From: an uncultured Candidatus Saccharibacteria bacterium
GTDB lineage: Bacteria; Patescibacteriota; UBA1384; CAYGGE01
DNA length: 64,000 nucleotides
Assembly: GCA_964349485.1 (NCBI GenBank)
Contig: CAYGGE010000004.1
Coordinates: 4,628-68,627 of the forward strand
Reading direction: 5' to 3'
The notes below the pieces were generated by a model, which was given only the letters and a program-made list of their open reading frames with translations, had not been told where the DNA came from and did not search any database. Numbering within the stretch: position 1 is the first letter of the stretch; each line of letters starts with the position of its first letter. The position numbers and the translations under genes are program-made. Positions 49,247 through 59,653 of this stretch are shown piece by piece.

Positions 49247-49394
49247 TCCGGTCAGTTGATTCTGATTAGAAATTATTCAGGTTCAGAACCGGTGATTATA
49301 GCAGATTATCAGCTTGAGGTCAAGGGCATTGGTAATTGACGCATAAATTGCAAACTGATGATCAACATTAGAAGTTCTTTCTCAAATACGAACA

Positions 49395-49421
49395 GCGACC
49401 GGTCCTGCTTGGACCGGTCGC
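49395..49421 (-). terminator. Hairpin terminator between the two WD40 paralogs
   Basis: GCGACCGGTCC-tgctt-GGACCGGTCGC, an 11-bp stem. Confidence 0.5.
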
Positions 49422-49440
49422 GTGTGTTCACCCCCAGATC

Positions 49441-50463
49441 TTAGATTGAATTGACCTTCTGGATAGGTCGGACTCTCTTGATTGTCCAGCTCTGACCGCT
49501 ATTGCCGACGGCGATGATCTTGTCCATGCACCAGACGATCTGGTGCCAATCGCCGGCATCAGAGACTTTAAAGTTGTAGCGCTCCGGATTACTCCGGTCC
49601 AGCTCAATGAGCGCTAAGCCATCACTGGTCAGCGTAGCCAGATGGTACCGGGTCGAGCTCACTTCTAACGGTGCAAAGACCAGTGACCTAACCTCCCTTG
49701 GTCGCTGACTTGATCTCGCGTAGACTGCCGGCAGCTCAAGTGGCAGTGCTAGTGCGTTAATGTCCCAGAGGACTATCGAATGGCTACCTACAGCAAGGTA
49801 TTGACCATCCGGTGTGAACTGGAGTGCAGTGATCGGGCTTCGATCCTGCGCATTGGATAGTTTAGAGTGCATCTGCGCATCACGCACCCTATAGATTGTC
49901 GCCGTGCCATTCGCTTGTCCGAAAACGACGCGATGACCGTCTGGCGAGAAACCGAGTGCGGTGATCGGCTCTTGGACCGTTTCGAGCGCCCGTTCTACGC
50001 CACTGGCAGTACGTAGGATGACATGGAAGCCCTTTGTATCGCGGGCCACCAAGCCAAGGGTGCCTTGAGAGCTGACCGCGAGCTGAACAACTTGGTAGGC
50101 CAATTGTTCCCGCGTCCAACGCTTGTGAGTTAGATCACAGCTCCGCATCACACCTGTCTGGTCTAGGGTGTAGACTCGCGATCCTTTGCTCGAGAAGGCA
50201 ACTTGGACGATACTTGGAGTTCTGCCCTTCGGTCGCAGTGGTGTTTGACCGAGTTGCGTCTCACTGTCAACCAGTTGTATCGATCCATCTGCGCAACCGA
50301 TAACAATGGTCTGGCCGACGGCCGTGATGGCCGTTTTGGCTGAGGAAGTCTCCTTATATCCCATCCACATAGCAACACATAACATGGACAAGAGGACCAC
50401 CACACTGCCGACGAGCAGGCCCCAATTGCGGCTCTCCTCATGATCTTCTGTCACGCAACACAT
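49441..50463 (-). CDS. Membrane-anchored WD40-like beta-propeller protein, tandem paralog
   Basis: Same architecture as 48266..49246 (ADGSIQLVD, SPDGHRVVFGQANGTATIY, TPDGQYLAVGSHSIVLWD). Confidence 0.55.
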   Translation of the reverse strand: MCCVTEDHEESRNWGLLVGSVVVLLSMLCVAMWMGYKETSSAKTAITAVGQTIVIGCADGSIQLVDSETQLGQTPLRPKGRTPSIVQVAFSSKGSRVYTLDQTGVMRSCDLTHKRWTREQLAYQVVQLAVSSQGTLGLVARDTKGFHVILRTASGVERALETVQEPITALGFSPDGHRVVFGQANGTATIYRVRDAQMHSKLSNAQDRSPITALQFTPDGQYLAVGSHSIVLWDINALALPLELPAVYARSSQRPREVRSLVFAPLEVSSTRYHLATLTSDGLALIELDRSNPERYNFKVSDAGDWHQIVWCMDKIIAVGNSGQSWTIKRVRPIQKVNSI

Positions 50464-50654
50464 TTCAATACTCCAGCTGCAACTTGCAGCAAACGTAGAC
50501 TGGCGAACCAGTCAGTAGCGTTGACGCCTCACAGCATCTGATTGTGTATTTTGGACTAACAGGAGGGAAAAGTCAAGCTTTTTTGTTACGATGGGACATT
50601 TTGGGATCAGGATGCAAAGTGATATAGTAGAAAGACAGCTTTTATGGGAGGCCT

Positions 50655-51737
50655 ATGTTTGTTACGGCAATTGTGTTTATAATTATCCTCGGTTTACTGG
50701 TCTTTGTGCACGAGCTTGGCCATTTTCTGATGGCTAGACGGGCCGGTATCAAAGTCGAAGAGTTTGCTTTTGGTTTCCCTCCTCGGCTATTTCGAGTCAA
50801 AAGAGGGGAGACTGAATACGCGTTGAACCTGTTCCCTATCGGTGGTTATGTTCGCATGTTAGGCGAAGATGAAGCAAGCAAATCTGATGTTGCTAATCCC
50901 CGTTCGTTTGCCCATCAATCAGTGTGGGTGAGATCGAAAGTTGTGGTTGCTGGAGTGACCATGAACGTCATCTTAGCTTGGCTGCTGATCAGCCTTGGTT
51001 TCATTTTAGGTATGTCGCCACTAGTCACACCCCCAGATCAGATTCCATATGCCGAAGTGACCCATGAAGTCATCATCAGCAATATCCTAGCGGCTTCAGT
51101 TGCTTCAGATCTAGGTCTGAAGCCTGGTGACGTAGCGATCGCCATCGACGATGTGACAATAAACAACCAAAAACAGTTGATTGACTATACGACAAGCAAC
51201 CGGGGTAAACACATAATTTTTACTGTCATGCGTGACGGCAAGGAAATGAAATTTGAGGCGACCTTGGGAAGTGGACAATATCCGCTCGGGGCGGCCTTAG
51301 CCGATCAATCAAAGGCCAAACTGCCCATCTGGTGGGCACCGATTTATGCCATCTGGGAAACTATTAAATCGGTCGGCATGATATTTGTCGCTATCCTCGA
51401 TTTCTTCCGCCAATTATTCGTCTCTCGAGCGGTGCCTGAAGGCGCCGCTGGTCCGGTTGGTTTATTCCAGCTGACTAACACGATCCTTGACTATGGCTTC
51501 ACGGCATTACTCAGTTTTACGGCCATGATCTCTATCAATCTGGCTATCGTCAACATCCTGCCAATTCCGGCTCTCGACGGTGGTCGCTTATTATTCATCA
51601 TTCTCGAAAAGGTCAACAAGGGCAAAAAAGTAGTCAGCAGTACGATCGAGAATACTGCCCATACCGTGGGCTTTGCTTTATTGATCTTACTGATCATTGC
51701 CATTACCTACAGCGACATCGTGAAGCTAAACGGGTAG
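50655..51737 (+). CDS. rseP: RIP zinc metalloprotease (site-2 protease, M50) with a PDZ domain
   Basis: HELGHFLMARRAGIKV (HExxH), a PDZ region and C-terminal LDGG. Confidence 0.85.
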   Translation: MFVTAIVFIIILGLLVFVHELGHFLMARRAGIKVEEFAFGFPPRLFRVKRGETEYALNLFPIGGYVRMLGEDEASKSDVANPRSFAHQSVWVRSKVVVAGVTMNVILAWLLISLGFILGMSPLVTPPDQIPYAEVTHEVIISNILAASVASDLGLKPGDVAIAIDDVTINNQKQLIDYTTSNRGKHIIFTVMRDGKEMKFEATLGSGQYPLGAALADQSKAKLPIWWAPIYAIWETIKSVGMIFVAILDFFRQLFVSRAVPEGAAGPVGLFQLTNTILDYGFTALLSFTAMISINLAIVNILPIPALDGGRLLFIILEKVNKGKKVVSSTIENTAHTVGFALLILLIIAITYSDIVKLNG

Positions 51738-51761
51738 GAATAATTTAACGTTTGTATCAAT

Positions 51762-53003
51762 ATGTTACAGAGTAAGCTCTTCCCTAAGACCCTACGTGAA
51801 ACACCGGCCGATGCGGACAATGTCTCGACCGCTCTTTTGGTGCGGGGTGGCTATATTCGTAAAGTGATGGCCGGATCGTATACTTTTGCTCACTTAGGCT
51901 GGTTGGTCATGCAACGAATCATGCAGATTATTCGTGAGGAGATGAACGCTATTGATGCTCAAGAAGTGATGATGCCTACTTTGACAGCCAAAGAACTTTG
52001 GGAGCGGTCAGGCCGGTGGGAAAAATTAAAGGGCGATATGTACCAGTTTACAGACCCATCAGAACGTGAACTCGGTTTGACCATGACCCATGAAGAGACC
52101 GCTGTCGATCTCCTGGGTGGCCAATCCATCTCGTATACAGACTTCCCAATCGCCTTTTATCATTTCCAAAACAAATACCGCCACGAGCCCCGAGCGAAGA
52201 GCGGTTTGACCCGAACCCGTGAGTTCATCATGAAAGATCTCTATTCGGCACACGCCAACGAGGCCGATATGCAGGCCTACTACGAACGGGCCAAACAGGC
52301 CTATCTTAACATCTTTGAGCGGTTGGGGATTCCGGCCTTAGTGACGCTCGCTTCGGGTGGTATCTTTACCTCAAATTTTTCCCACGAGTTTCAAGTGCCG
52401 TGTGAGATTGGCGAAGATACGGTATATGCCTGCCCCCAAGGTGACTATGCGGTCAATAAAGAAGTGATCGATCAAACTGGCTCTGTGTGCCCTAATCATC
52501 ATAAGCCACTCGAGACAAAGAAGGCAGTTGAAGTCGGCAATATCTTTCCGCTCGGGCCAAAGTTTTCCGAAGATATGCAGGTTTTATTTACAGATTCAGA
52601 CGGCACCCAAAAACCCTTTTGGCTGGCCTCGTATGGGATTGGTCCGGCCAGAGCAATGAGCGTGATCGTGGAGACCCACTACGATGCTCAGGGTATTGTC
52701 TGGCCTAAATCAGTAGCGCCGTTTGCTATGCATCTTATCGATCTAACAAAAACCGATACTGAGCGCGAGGAAGCTGAAATAGTCTATCAGAAGCTGTCTG
52801 AGGCAAAGATCGACGTTTTGTTCGATGAGCGTGATATCGCCGCTGGCGCAAAGTTTGCCGATGCCGACTTGCTTGGTATTCCTATCCGATTGGTTATTAG
52901 TCCGAAAACCTTAGCGACAAAGAGCATCGAAATAAAGGATCGCGGGAGTGGTACGATCAAGTTAATTCCGCTTGATCAGATTGTTACGGTTCTTGCTTCT
53001 TGA
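51762..53003 (+). CDS. proS: Prolyl-tRNA synthetase, short form without an editing insertion
   Basis: The N-terminus aligns with bacterial ProRS (LRETPADA...RGGYIRK) and class II motifs are present. 413 aa. Confidence 0.8.
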   Translation: MLQSKLFPKTLRETPADADNVSTALLVRGGYIRKVMAGSYTFAHLGWLVMQRIMQIIREEMNAIDAQEVMMPTLTAKELWERSGRWEKLKGDMYQFTDPSERELGLTMTHEETAVDLLGGQSISYTDFPIAFYHFQNKYRHEPRAKSGLTRTREFIMKDLYSAHANEADMQAYYERAKQAYLNIFERLGIPALVTLASGGIFTSNFSHEFQVPCEIGEDTVYACPQGDYAVNKEVIDQTGSVCPNHHKPLETKKAVEVGNIFPLGPKFSEDMQVLFTDSDGTQKPFWLASYGIGPARAMSVIVETHYDAQGIVWPKSVAPFAMHLIDLTKTDTEREEAEIVYQKLSEAKIDVLFDERDIAAGAKFADADLLGIPIRLVISPKTLATKSIEIKDRGSGTIKLIPLDQIVTVLAS

Positions 53004-53061
53004 CAGTAACCCTTCTTTCTTGATAGCCTAGGGATAGGGATATAGTGACTTTGGAGGGGAA

Positions 53062-54984
53062 TTGGTGACAACCCATAAACTTTTTGTTGGAGCGCTTGCC
53101 GTAACCATCGCCATGGGAGCGTTCTTTTTTGTTGCCGCCTCACCTGCTGATGCGGCCGCGGTCAATGTGACTCGTTGTACCAATGGCAAGATCAAAAAGA
53201 AACCACGTGCCGATGTGACTTATTATAGGAATAATAAAGCCGCCTGTGATGCCGCTTTAGCCAACCCATCGGCTAGTCCATCCATTAGTATTTCGCCGAC
53301 GCCCAGTACGACAATTAATCCGTCACCTACCGCTTCCGTCTCACCAACGGCTACGCCGATCGCGACACCAAGCCCAATCATCACCGTGGTTCCAGTCGGT
53401 GAGACCGTCACGGTTGTTCAGCAACAATGGGTCGCCCAACAATCAGGTGTGACGCCGACCATGATCAATAACTTGACTACAACCACGGCGAAGCTTTGTG
53501 GTGCTGAGCAGGATTTGGGGGATAAAGCAGTTATTTGGACAAAGTATCTTGATCTCAAAAAAATTAACCGTCAAAAAGACACAACAAAGTTAGTTGGCGT
53601 TCGCAACCAACTGATGAGTCAGTCGAACATGATATCCAATGTCTTTGCATTGACAGAAGGCAATACGGCAAAATGGTCTCGTTTGCACATTACCTTTAAT
53701 TTGGCTCAAAGCGGTACCCTTGAGCTATATTATCGAGTGAGTGACAGCGGTGGAACGGCTAGTGCCGCCGATAAAGATTGGATTAAAGTTGCCGATCCAG
53801 CTTCAATTACTACCGAACAGTGTGGAACAACGGCTGCACCCTCGCGATTGGCTAGCTTTACTATCAATCAGACGGGCAAGTATTTTCAGTACATGATACG
53901 CATGACAAGTCCGAAGACCGGGAAGCCCCAACTTATCCGACGGGTTTCACTCCACGGCCAAGCGCTAGAGAGAACCGAAACCTATCCATCACCAACGCCA
54001 ACTCCGTCTGGTAGCCCAACAGCTTCGACTACTCACGGTAAGATTACTATTGTAACTAAGAAATTGGTGATTGAACCCACTGTGAAAAAAGTAGACACTA
54101 AAACCGGTTCTGCGCCACTACCAGACATCACACCTCGGAATACACCGTCGCCAACTCCGACTAGTAGTGCCTCGACTAAGCCAAAGGTCGACCCGTTTTG
54201 TTTTGCTGATCACGAAACCGACTATGCTCCGGAAGTGCCAATCAGGATTCGTCAGACCGAGGGCGGTGATGCTTTAGTTGAAGATGAGACGACCAACGAC
54301 CTTGGGCTTTGGAAAGGGCTCGAAGGTAAGGTTGACGAGTTCAAGACAGGGGCTTATCGAATCAATTTCGGCGAGTTTCAAAAAGATGACTACAAATTGG
54401 TCGCGATCTGCGTGTCGCCGGATAGTTACCTTCACTATGTCAAAACCCAGACCACGGCTTCAGGTAGTCAAGCAATCGTGATGGTCCTACCGAATAAAGA
54501 GACTAAGATCACCGTCCTCTACGCACCGCGCGATAAACCGTATGTCTCACTCGATACATTTGCCGTGACCGAGGCCAATAAAGTGAAGCGAGTTGCCTAC
54601 CCAGGTCAGAGCTTCCGCTATATCATCCGCTATGAAAATACTGGCGATGTGGCGGCCCATAATGTGGTTATCCGAGATGTCATCCCAGAACAGTATTATG
54701 TGCCCAATGAAGAGACCCTGGGTGAACAAGGACCGTTTACTTCGGAGATCGATAACCAGGGAAGAACGGTGATCGTTAAATCGGTTGGGGTACTAGCTAA
54801 AGGTCAAAAAGGCTCTCTGACGATACCGGTCATCTTACGTTCCAACGCCTTCGGTTCGCCAGACGATATCGCCGCGCGATTCGGAGTCGATACTAGCTCT
54901 GGTGGTGCAAATCAGCCGAAGACCTTGATTTCGCCGACATCAGCAGCTACTGACAGTGGTGATGGTGCACTTAATTTAGAATAA
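53062..54984 (+). CDS. Large secreted or surface protein with PT/PS linkers and a C-terminal DUF11 (conserved repeat) domain
   Basis: Signal/TM, low-complexity Pro/Thr/Ser linkers, and AYPGQSFRYIIRYENTGDVAAHNVVIRDVIP... which is DUF11-like. Confidence 0.55.
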   Translation: MVTTHKLFVGALAVTIAMGAFFFVAASPADAAAVNVTRCTNGKIKKKPRADVTYYRNNKAACDAALANPSASPSISISPTPSTTINPSPTASVSPTATPIATPSPIITVVPVGETVTVVQQQWVAQQSGVTPTMINNLTTTTAKLCGAEQDLGDKAVIWTKYLDLKKINRQKDTTKLVGVRNQLMSQSNMISNVFALTEGNTAKWSRLHITFNLAQSGTLELYYRVSDSGGTASAADKDWIKVADPASITTEQCGTTAAPSRLASFTINQTGKYFQYMIRMTSPKTGKPQLIRRVSLHGQALERTETYPSPTPTPSGSPTASTTHGKITIVTKKLVIEPTVKKVDTKTGSAPLPDITPRNTPSPTPTSSASTKPKVDPFCFADHETDYAPEVPIRIRQTEGGDALVEDETTNDLGLWKGLEGKVDEFKTGAYRINFGEFQKDDYKLVAICVSPDSYLHYVKTQTTASGSQAIVMVLPNKETKITVLYAPRDKPYVSLDTFAVTEANKVKRVAYPGQSFRYIIRYENTGDVAAHNVVIRDVIPEQYYVPNEETLGEQGPFTSEIDNQGRTVIVKSVGVLAKGQKGSLTIPVILRSNAFGSPDDIAARFGVDTSSGGANQPKTLISPTSAATDSGDGALNLE

Positions 54985-54997
54985 TAAAAATTGAAAA

Positions 54998-57358
54998 GTG
55001 GGGTTTGTGACTAAGGCTAAACTACTTGTGACGGCATCGACTGTAACGGCCATGATCGCTGTTATTAGTTTTAGTGTCGCTAGTGTCGACGCTCAGACGC
55101 CGGCCGGTTTTGAGCCGACTGGTAAGCAGGTGGTCTATCACCAAGCGAATTGGAACGGTGTCGAGGATGCTAATCGTTTAGCGATCGATCTCACGCTAAC
55201 GACAGCGACGCCGCCAAATAATTGGAGAACCTTTTGGCAAGATTACGTCCATAGTGAAGTAACCTTTCCAGGGGCAACCGGTCTACGTTTAGTTCGATCA
55301 ACTAGTTACCGTAAGCATCAGAATGTTCAAGTTAAAGCCGGCGTTGTTGAAGGTCGTAATAATGGGGTTATTGCGACAGATTACTATATTTCCGACGGTC
55401 TAACTGCCAGTACAGGTGACACAGTGCTTTGGCAGGCAATTAGCTTTGCCTATCGCGCCCCGACTCGCGACGCTATGACCCTTTCGTATCGAGTAGCCGA
55501 TACACTGACAACTGATCCTGCCGCTACTGACTGGCAAGCGGTAACCTTGCGATTCGCTAACAGGAATCAGACAGCAAAAGTTAAGATTAGCCCGACAGTT
55601 GGGCAAGGGAAGTTCTTACAATTTAAGACGAATATCTCTAGACCGAATAATTTTTTGAATACGGCAACTGTAGTTGGTCAGCCACTTCGGAATCTATCGA
55701 CTGTCCCAACGCCAACACCATCCGACAATCCAGGTCCTGGCGATGGTACACCGACTCCAACACCAACGACTACCACAATCATTACTGAACAACTAAAGGT
55801 AGTCCAGCAAGCCTTCATGCCGATGGTTCCAGCCCGACTGACTCCAATCATCGTGAATGAGCAGTCTGCGATTGCAAATGATCGATATTGCTCGCTTGCT
55901 GACCCATCGGGCATGCGTAGTTACCGGTGGAGCAAATCATTACGTTCAGTTGGCGTTGTTCCTGCGGTGACACGTGATAGTGAAATAATGGGTATAGCGG
56001 GTGTCAATGGCCGAGCCCTTCGCAATGCCTATGTCATCTCGAACCCAATGACGATCGAGAGTACGGGACCGATAACCTGGAGGCGGTTTGATATTGAATT
56101 CGATAAGAACCTGCCAGGAACTGTCGAGACCTATTATCGACTATTCGATGATCCGACAGGAGCGATAAACAAGCCGGTCGATCCGACCTGGATTAAATTG
56201 GCGGATCCGGCAACCGTTAACCCAACAGCCTGTGAGAGTAGTTACTTAGCGAGTTATCAACTAAATCAAACAGCCAAATACGTCCAATACAAATTCCACG
56301 TCATCTCTAAACGAATAGCCAGTCGGTTACAGAAACAGGTCATCCGACGCATTAATCTCTCTGCAGATGCTACTCGAACAGTTATTGTTACGCCGACCCC
56401 TTCATCCTCTGCTACTCCGTCAGGTACTCCGACACCAGTGGGTGACGGCACACCTACCCCAACGCCAACCGGCTCTGGGACAGCTTCCAGTACCGGTCAT
56501 ATGACGATTATAACTAAGGTTCTTAGAGTACCATCTGCCACGCCAACTCCCAATGCTACAGGGCCAGCTTTGCCACCTAGCGCTTCACCAACTGCGACTG
56601 CTTCATCTAGCGCACCACCCGCTCTGAGTTCTCTCTGCTTTAACCAATATGAAACAGAAATTGCCCCCAACGTCGGTTTACGTGTTAAAGCCAAAGTTAG
56701 TGGAGGTTTTGACGCCGAAGACGAGACGACCAATGATCAGGGTGTTTGGCGAGGACTTAATGGCGCACGGGACGAGTTTCCTTCAGGTCGCTACGACGTG
56801 ACCTTTGGCGACTTCGAACCCGATGAATTGGGCCTTGTTGCTTTCTGTGTTGAGCCAAACAATGACCTCTACTACGTCCAAACGGCAATGAATGTTAAGA
56901 ATAAATTAGCGGCAATCAATATCCTACCTGGAGTAGAAACTAGATTAATTGCCCTTTATGCTCCTAAGAACCAACCATTCGTGAAACTTGAAAAGTACTC
57001 CCTAGCTGGCAATATTGATAAAACAGGTGCGATCATCAAAGAAGCGATACGCAAGAAGCTCAAAACCGTCAATCCTGGCCAGACTTTCCTTTACCGCATT
57101 ACCTATGAGAATACTGCCAGTAGCGCGGTAACTGAGGCTGACGCTAAAGATCTGTTAATTCAAGACGTTATTCCCGAGGGACTTGAATTGCCAGCAGTCG
57201 TCATTGAGAATCCCGAGCTTTATGACATCGAGATTCGGTTCGACACTGCCAAAAACCAGACAATTGTCGCCAGGACCATTGAGCGATTGAAAGCGGGCGA
57301 GTCAGGTTTTATCGACATTCCAGTTACCGTGAACACTAGCTTATTTCCGGTGAAGTAA
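54998..57358 (+). CDS. Large surface protein, tandem paralog of 53062..54984, with a C-terminal DUF11 domain
   Basis: Shared blocks with the upstream gene (CF..ETD/EIAP...EDETTNDxGxWxGL...) and the same DUF11 motif (VNPGQTFLYRITYENT). Confidence 0.55.
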   Translation: MGFVTKAKLLVTASTVTAMIAVISFSVASVDAQTPAGFEPTGKQVVYHQANWNGVEDANRLAIDLTLTTATPPNNWRTFWQDYVHSEVTFPGATGLRLVRSTSYRKHQNVQVKAGVVEGRNNGVIATDYYISDGLTASTGDTVLWQAISFAYRAPTRDAMTLSYRVADTLTTDPAATDWQAVTLRFANRNQTAKVKISPTVGQGKFLQFKTNISRPNNFLNTATVVGQPLRNLSTVPTPTPSDNPGPGDGTPTPTPTTTTIITEQLKVVQQAFMPMVPARLTPIIVNEQSAIANDRYCSLADPSGMRSYRWSKSLRSVGVVPAVTRDSEIMGIAGVNGRALRNAYVISNPMTIESTGPITWRRFDIEFDKNLPGTVETYYRLFDDPTGAINKPVDPTWIKLADPATVNPTACESSYLASYQLNQTAKYVQYKFHVISKRIASRLQKQVIRRINLSADATRTVIVTPTPSSSATPSGTPTPVGDGTPTPTPTGSGTASSTGHMTIITKVLRVPSATPTPNATGPALPPSASPTATASSSAPPALSSLCFNQYETEIAPNVGLRVKAKVSGGFDAEDETTNDQGVWRGLNGARDEFPSGRYDVTFGDFEPDELGLVAFCVEPNNDLYYVQTAMNVKNKLAAINILPGVETRLIALYAPKNQPFVKLEKYSLAGNIDKTGAIIKEAIRKKLKTVNPGQTFLYRITYENTASSAVTEADAKDLLIQDVIPEGLELPAVVIENPELYDIEIRFDTAKNQTIVARTIERLKAGESGFIDIPVTVNTSLFPVK

Positions 57359-57462
57359 GCCCTCTTCACGTCAATTTTGGAAGTATGGTATTATAAATAT
57401 ATAAAGAAGTTTCTGCTACTTGCTGCATTGATAATGCTGTAAGCCCAATAAAGAGGGGTCCC

Positions 57463-58197
57463 ATGACGCAACGGGAAAAAACACGCTTCATCGTCCTCAC
57501 CGTGATCTTAGTTATCTTGGTGGTCGCCGGATTAAGTATCAACCGATTCATCCGTAAGACCAGCGTCGGAGCTGATTTACTGGGTGAGATTCAAAACCAA
57601 GCCGTCGCTACTTACACTGATGCCGACGGTTTAGATATGCCCTTATCTCTTTCAAATATCAGCCGAGTTCAGGTCAGTAGCGGAACGAACAATATCGCCG
57701 CTAGCTATACCCTTGAAAAACGCCAGAGTCAGACTGCTCTCTTCGATGTCCAGTTCTATCGAGCTGGTGATGATTCTCCATTGACCACTGTGCGGGATAA
57801 AAAAGGCGAGTCTGGTACCTTATCGACAACGCTTAAGAATATTCCTAACGGTCGTTATGACATTACTATCAAACCCCTTGGCTTCTTGAGTGCAGTGGTC
57901 TTCGATTTTGCCTACGTCAATGGCCAACGGGCAATTCTTGAATACAAAGATCCCTTCCTGTGGGGTGATATTGACAAGAGCAATAACAACAAAGGTGACA
58001 ATGTGGTCAACAACGCGGACTGGTTCGAAATTGTTTCGAACTGGGGCAATGATTACCCCAAAGCCGATCTAAACGGTGATGGAACAATTAACAATGTCGA
58101 CGCTAGCGTCATGTTGGCTAACTGGGGTAAAGAAGGTAGCCGGTTTACGAGTGTGGTTACTACCAATGAAGATATCGCTAACGAGCCAACATTCTAG
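57463..58197 (+). CDS. Membrane-anchored protein with a C-terminal dockerin-like double repeat
   Basis: GDIDKSNNNKGDNVVNNADWFEIVSNWG and ADLNGDGTINNVDASVMLANWG match dockerin type-I Ca-binding repeats. Confidence 0.6.
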   Translation: MTQREKTRFIVLTVILVILVVAGLSINRFIRKTSVGADLLGEIQNQAVATYTDADGLDMPLSLSNISRVQVSSGTNNIAASYTLEKRQSQTALFDVQFYRAGDDSPLTTVRDKKGESGTLSTTLKNIPNGRYDITIKPLGFLSAVVFDFAYVNGQRAILEYKDPFLWGDIDKSNNNKGDNVVNNADWFEIVSNWGNDYPKADLNGDGTINNVDASVMLANWGKEGSRFTSVVTTNEDIANEPTF

Positions 58198-58223
58198 CGT
58201 CTATAAACTAAAGAAGGGTTCAC

Positions 58224-58805
58224 TTGAATAAATTCACTGTCGCATTCATCATCATTATCTTAGCAGGTCTACTTGCCACTGGCTTTGTCTATTTCCGTCG
58301 ACCAGCGACTAAGCACATCGGCGCCAGTACAGACGTGCCTGTCGGTACCGCCACTTTAGAGCTCGTACCAAGTAAAAGATCACTCAGCGTCGGTGAGCAA
58401 GTGACTGTAGAAGTAGTCGGCGATACCGGGGAAGACTTGACCACAGGCGTTGATCTCGACTTACGCTATGACCCCGTTTTATTTGAACTAGTTGATGCTG
58501 ATACAGTGACGGCTGGTGTCCAGATCGGGGCAGGATCGTTGTTCGATTTGGTCCCTCACAACGTTACGACTCTGGCGACTGGACTGATCAGCTATTCGAC
58601 GAGCCAACAACCAACAGAAAATCCGATTAAGCTTACCCAAGGCAAAGTAGCGACCATCACTCTTAAAGCGAAAGCGGTCGGCACGTCTACGATCAGCTTT
58701 ACTCATACTCCAGGATCGCTGTCTGACACCAACATCATAAAAGCTGGAGATGGCCGGGACTTGTTAAACAATGCGACAAATCTTGAGATCACGATTGTCA
58801 AATAG
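58224..58805 (+). CDS. Membrane-anchored cohesin-like domain protein
   Basis: N-terminal TM, then ATLELVPSKRSLSVGEQVTVEVV...LDLRYDPVLFELVD...ATITLKAKAVGTSTISF, a cohesin-like beta-sandwich pattern. Confidence 0.5.
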   Translation: MNKFTVAFIIIILAGLLATGFVYFRRPATKHIGASTDVPVGTATLELVPSKRSLSVGEQVTVEVVGDTGEDLTTGVDLDLRYDPVLFELVDADTVTAGVQIGAGSLFDLVPHNVTTLATGLISYSTSQQPTENPIKLTQGKVATITLKAKAVGTSTISFTHTPGSLSDTNIIKAGDGRDLLNNATNLEITIVK

Positions 58806-58830
58806 CTCCATGAAGGAGAAAGGATCGGGA

Positions 58831-59619
58831 ATGATCAGACTGACTAATATGCAACGGCTAACCCATGATCTACTGCTGGTTATTGGAGCATGTATTGTGG
58901 CATTGGCTGTTCCAGCTATCGCCAGTGCGGCAACATTGACACTTTCGCCGACATCGGGAACCTATGCAGTGGGTGATACCATCGAAGTGAAGATCCAACT
59001 TGATACGAGTGGGATCTCGACTAGTGGGACTGACGTCTACGTTCGTTTCGATCCTAATGTACTCCAGGTTGTCGATAGTAACAGTTCCGCAACCGGTGTC
59101 CAGATTAGTCCCGGCACACTTTACTCTCAAACCTCGTTCAATAGTACAGACAACGGGGCTGGCAAGGTGAGTTTCTCTGGTTCTAAGAGTGGTGGCTCGG
59201 CTGGCTACTCAGGCAGTGGAACGCTGGCAACGATTAAATTTAAAGCATCGGCAGAGGCGAGCACGACCAGCGTGACTATCGATTACCAAGCTGGTTCGAC
59301 CACCGACTCAAACGTGATTAGTCAGGCAGATAGTAGTGATGTTTTGACTAGCGTAACTAGCGCAGCATACAAAATATCGGCTGCAGGCGGTACAACAACC
59401 ACTACCACCACAACTACGGCCGATGATACCGATGGTGATGGCGTCAAGAATGCCGTCGATCCAGATGCTGATGGTAATGGTGTAGCCGATGCCTCAGAAG
59501 GTAAGGGTGGTTCCGGTAGCGTGCAAGGCACAGGTCTCGACTTGACAGGTTACATGTTGCTGACGCTTATCTCAATGATTGGCGCTGGGTACTTTCTTAC
59601 TCGTAAGACAAAGCACTAG
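58831..59619 (+). CDS. Cohesin-like domain protein with a C-terminal sortase sorting signal (LDLTG, hydrophobic segment, RKTKH)
   Basis: Start taken at MIRLTNMQ, which has a GGAG SD. Cohesin-like ATLTLSPTSGTYAVGDTIEVKIQLD...VRFDPNVLQVVD; a T-rich linker; C-terminus GLDLTGYMLLTLISMIGAGYFLTRKTKH. Confidence 0.6.
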   Translation: MIRLTNMQRLTHDLLLVIGACIVALAVPAIASAATLTLSPTSGTYAVGDTIEVKIQLDTSGISTSGTDVYVRFDPNVLQVVDSNSSATGVQISPGTLYSQTSFNSTDNGAGKVSFSGSKSGGSAGYSGSGTLATIKFKASAEASTTSVTIDYQAGSTTDSNVISQADSSDVLTSVTSAAYKISAAGGTTTTTTTTTADDTDGDGVKNAVDPDADGNGVADASEGKGGSGSVQGTGLDLTGYMLLTLISMIGAGYFLTRKTKH

Positions 59620-59653
59620 TTGCTAGTCACTAGTAACTAGTGAACTAGTAGTT

